Source: an uncultured bacterium
GTDB lineage: Bacteria; CSSED10-310; CAZUFC01
Direction of reading: 5' to 3'
Assembly: GCA_964619725.1 (NCBI GenBank)
Contig: CAZUFC010000062.1
Span: forward strand, 1 to 49,036
DNA: 49,036 nucleotides
The number at the start of each line of letters is the position of its first letter. Position 1 is the stretch's first letter. Positions 48,773-49,036 of this stretch are shown here, in pieces. The notes beneath the pieces were generated by a model, which saw only the letters and a list, made by a program, of their open reading frames with translations, was not told the origin of the DNA and made no database searches. The translations under genes and the position numbers were made by a program.

Positions 48773-49036
48773 CCTTGTCGTGTTTTCGTTAAACAGTTCA
48801 CAATTTTTACCAGTGAATGTCAAAAAATATGAAGGATGTGAATACTTCCCCAATCAGTGATAAAACAACCAGTTATAACCCACCGGCCATAAAACAACCC
48901 AATATGACTCGTAGTATACAGGTCAAAAGACTGGAGACCGCCCCGCCTGGAACCGACCAGCCATAAAATAACCCAATCAGACTCCCCCTCTCCATTCATG
49001 GCTAATCCTAGCACACACTTGACACCGCCACCCCCA

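Noticed and set aside
48882-48984. Possible CRISPR array
   Set aside because: Only two degenerate, non-palindromic repeats, no cas genes and no visible leader

Overview
About 49 kb from a moderate-GC, probably diderm bacterium. The window is dominated by cell-envelope genes separated by repeat-rich intergenic DNA. The left and middle parts hold surface-glycan enzymes (B12 radical SAM, two GT2, a sulfotransferase, two GT-C/ArnT-like membrane glycosyltransferases, an SGNH hydrolase), a four-module beta-helix surface protein with an IPTL-CTERM-like tail, an S8 protease with FG-GAP repeats behind a sigma54-type promoter, small accessory genes and several pseudogenes. A third GT-C gene closes the window. 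The main result is a tightly coupled five-gene minus-strand operon (45724 to 30292). It encodes, in order: (1) a protein with two tandem PgsC/CapC membrane domains fused to degenerate Zn-hydrolase-like repeats, (2) a membrane-anchored periplasmic beta-rich protein, (3) a stand-alone hydrolase with intact PghP-like (gamma-PGA hydrolase/Zn-carboxypeptidase fold) motifs, (4) a 2211-aa TPR plus C-terminal beta-barrel protein, and (5) a HEAT-like protein. This looks like a Gram-negative trans-envelope poly-gamma-glutamate(-like) export machine built like the alginate/cellulose/Pel systems, yet no PgsB/CapB ligase is visible in the window. The intergenic DNA carries at least four families of miniature inverted-repeat elements, several with clear target duplications and one interrupting a gene. 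It also carries REP-like palindromes with an IS200-type tyrosine-transposase remnant, and (CGATNN)n and 9-mer tandem tracts. No rRNA, tRNA or CRISPR array was seen. All family assignments are from motifs read by eye, not database searches.
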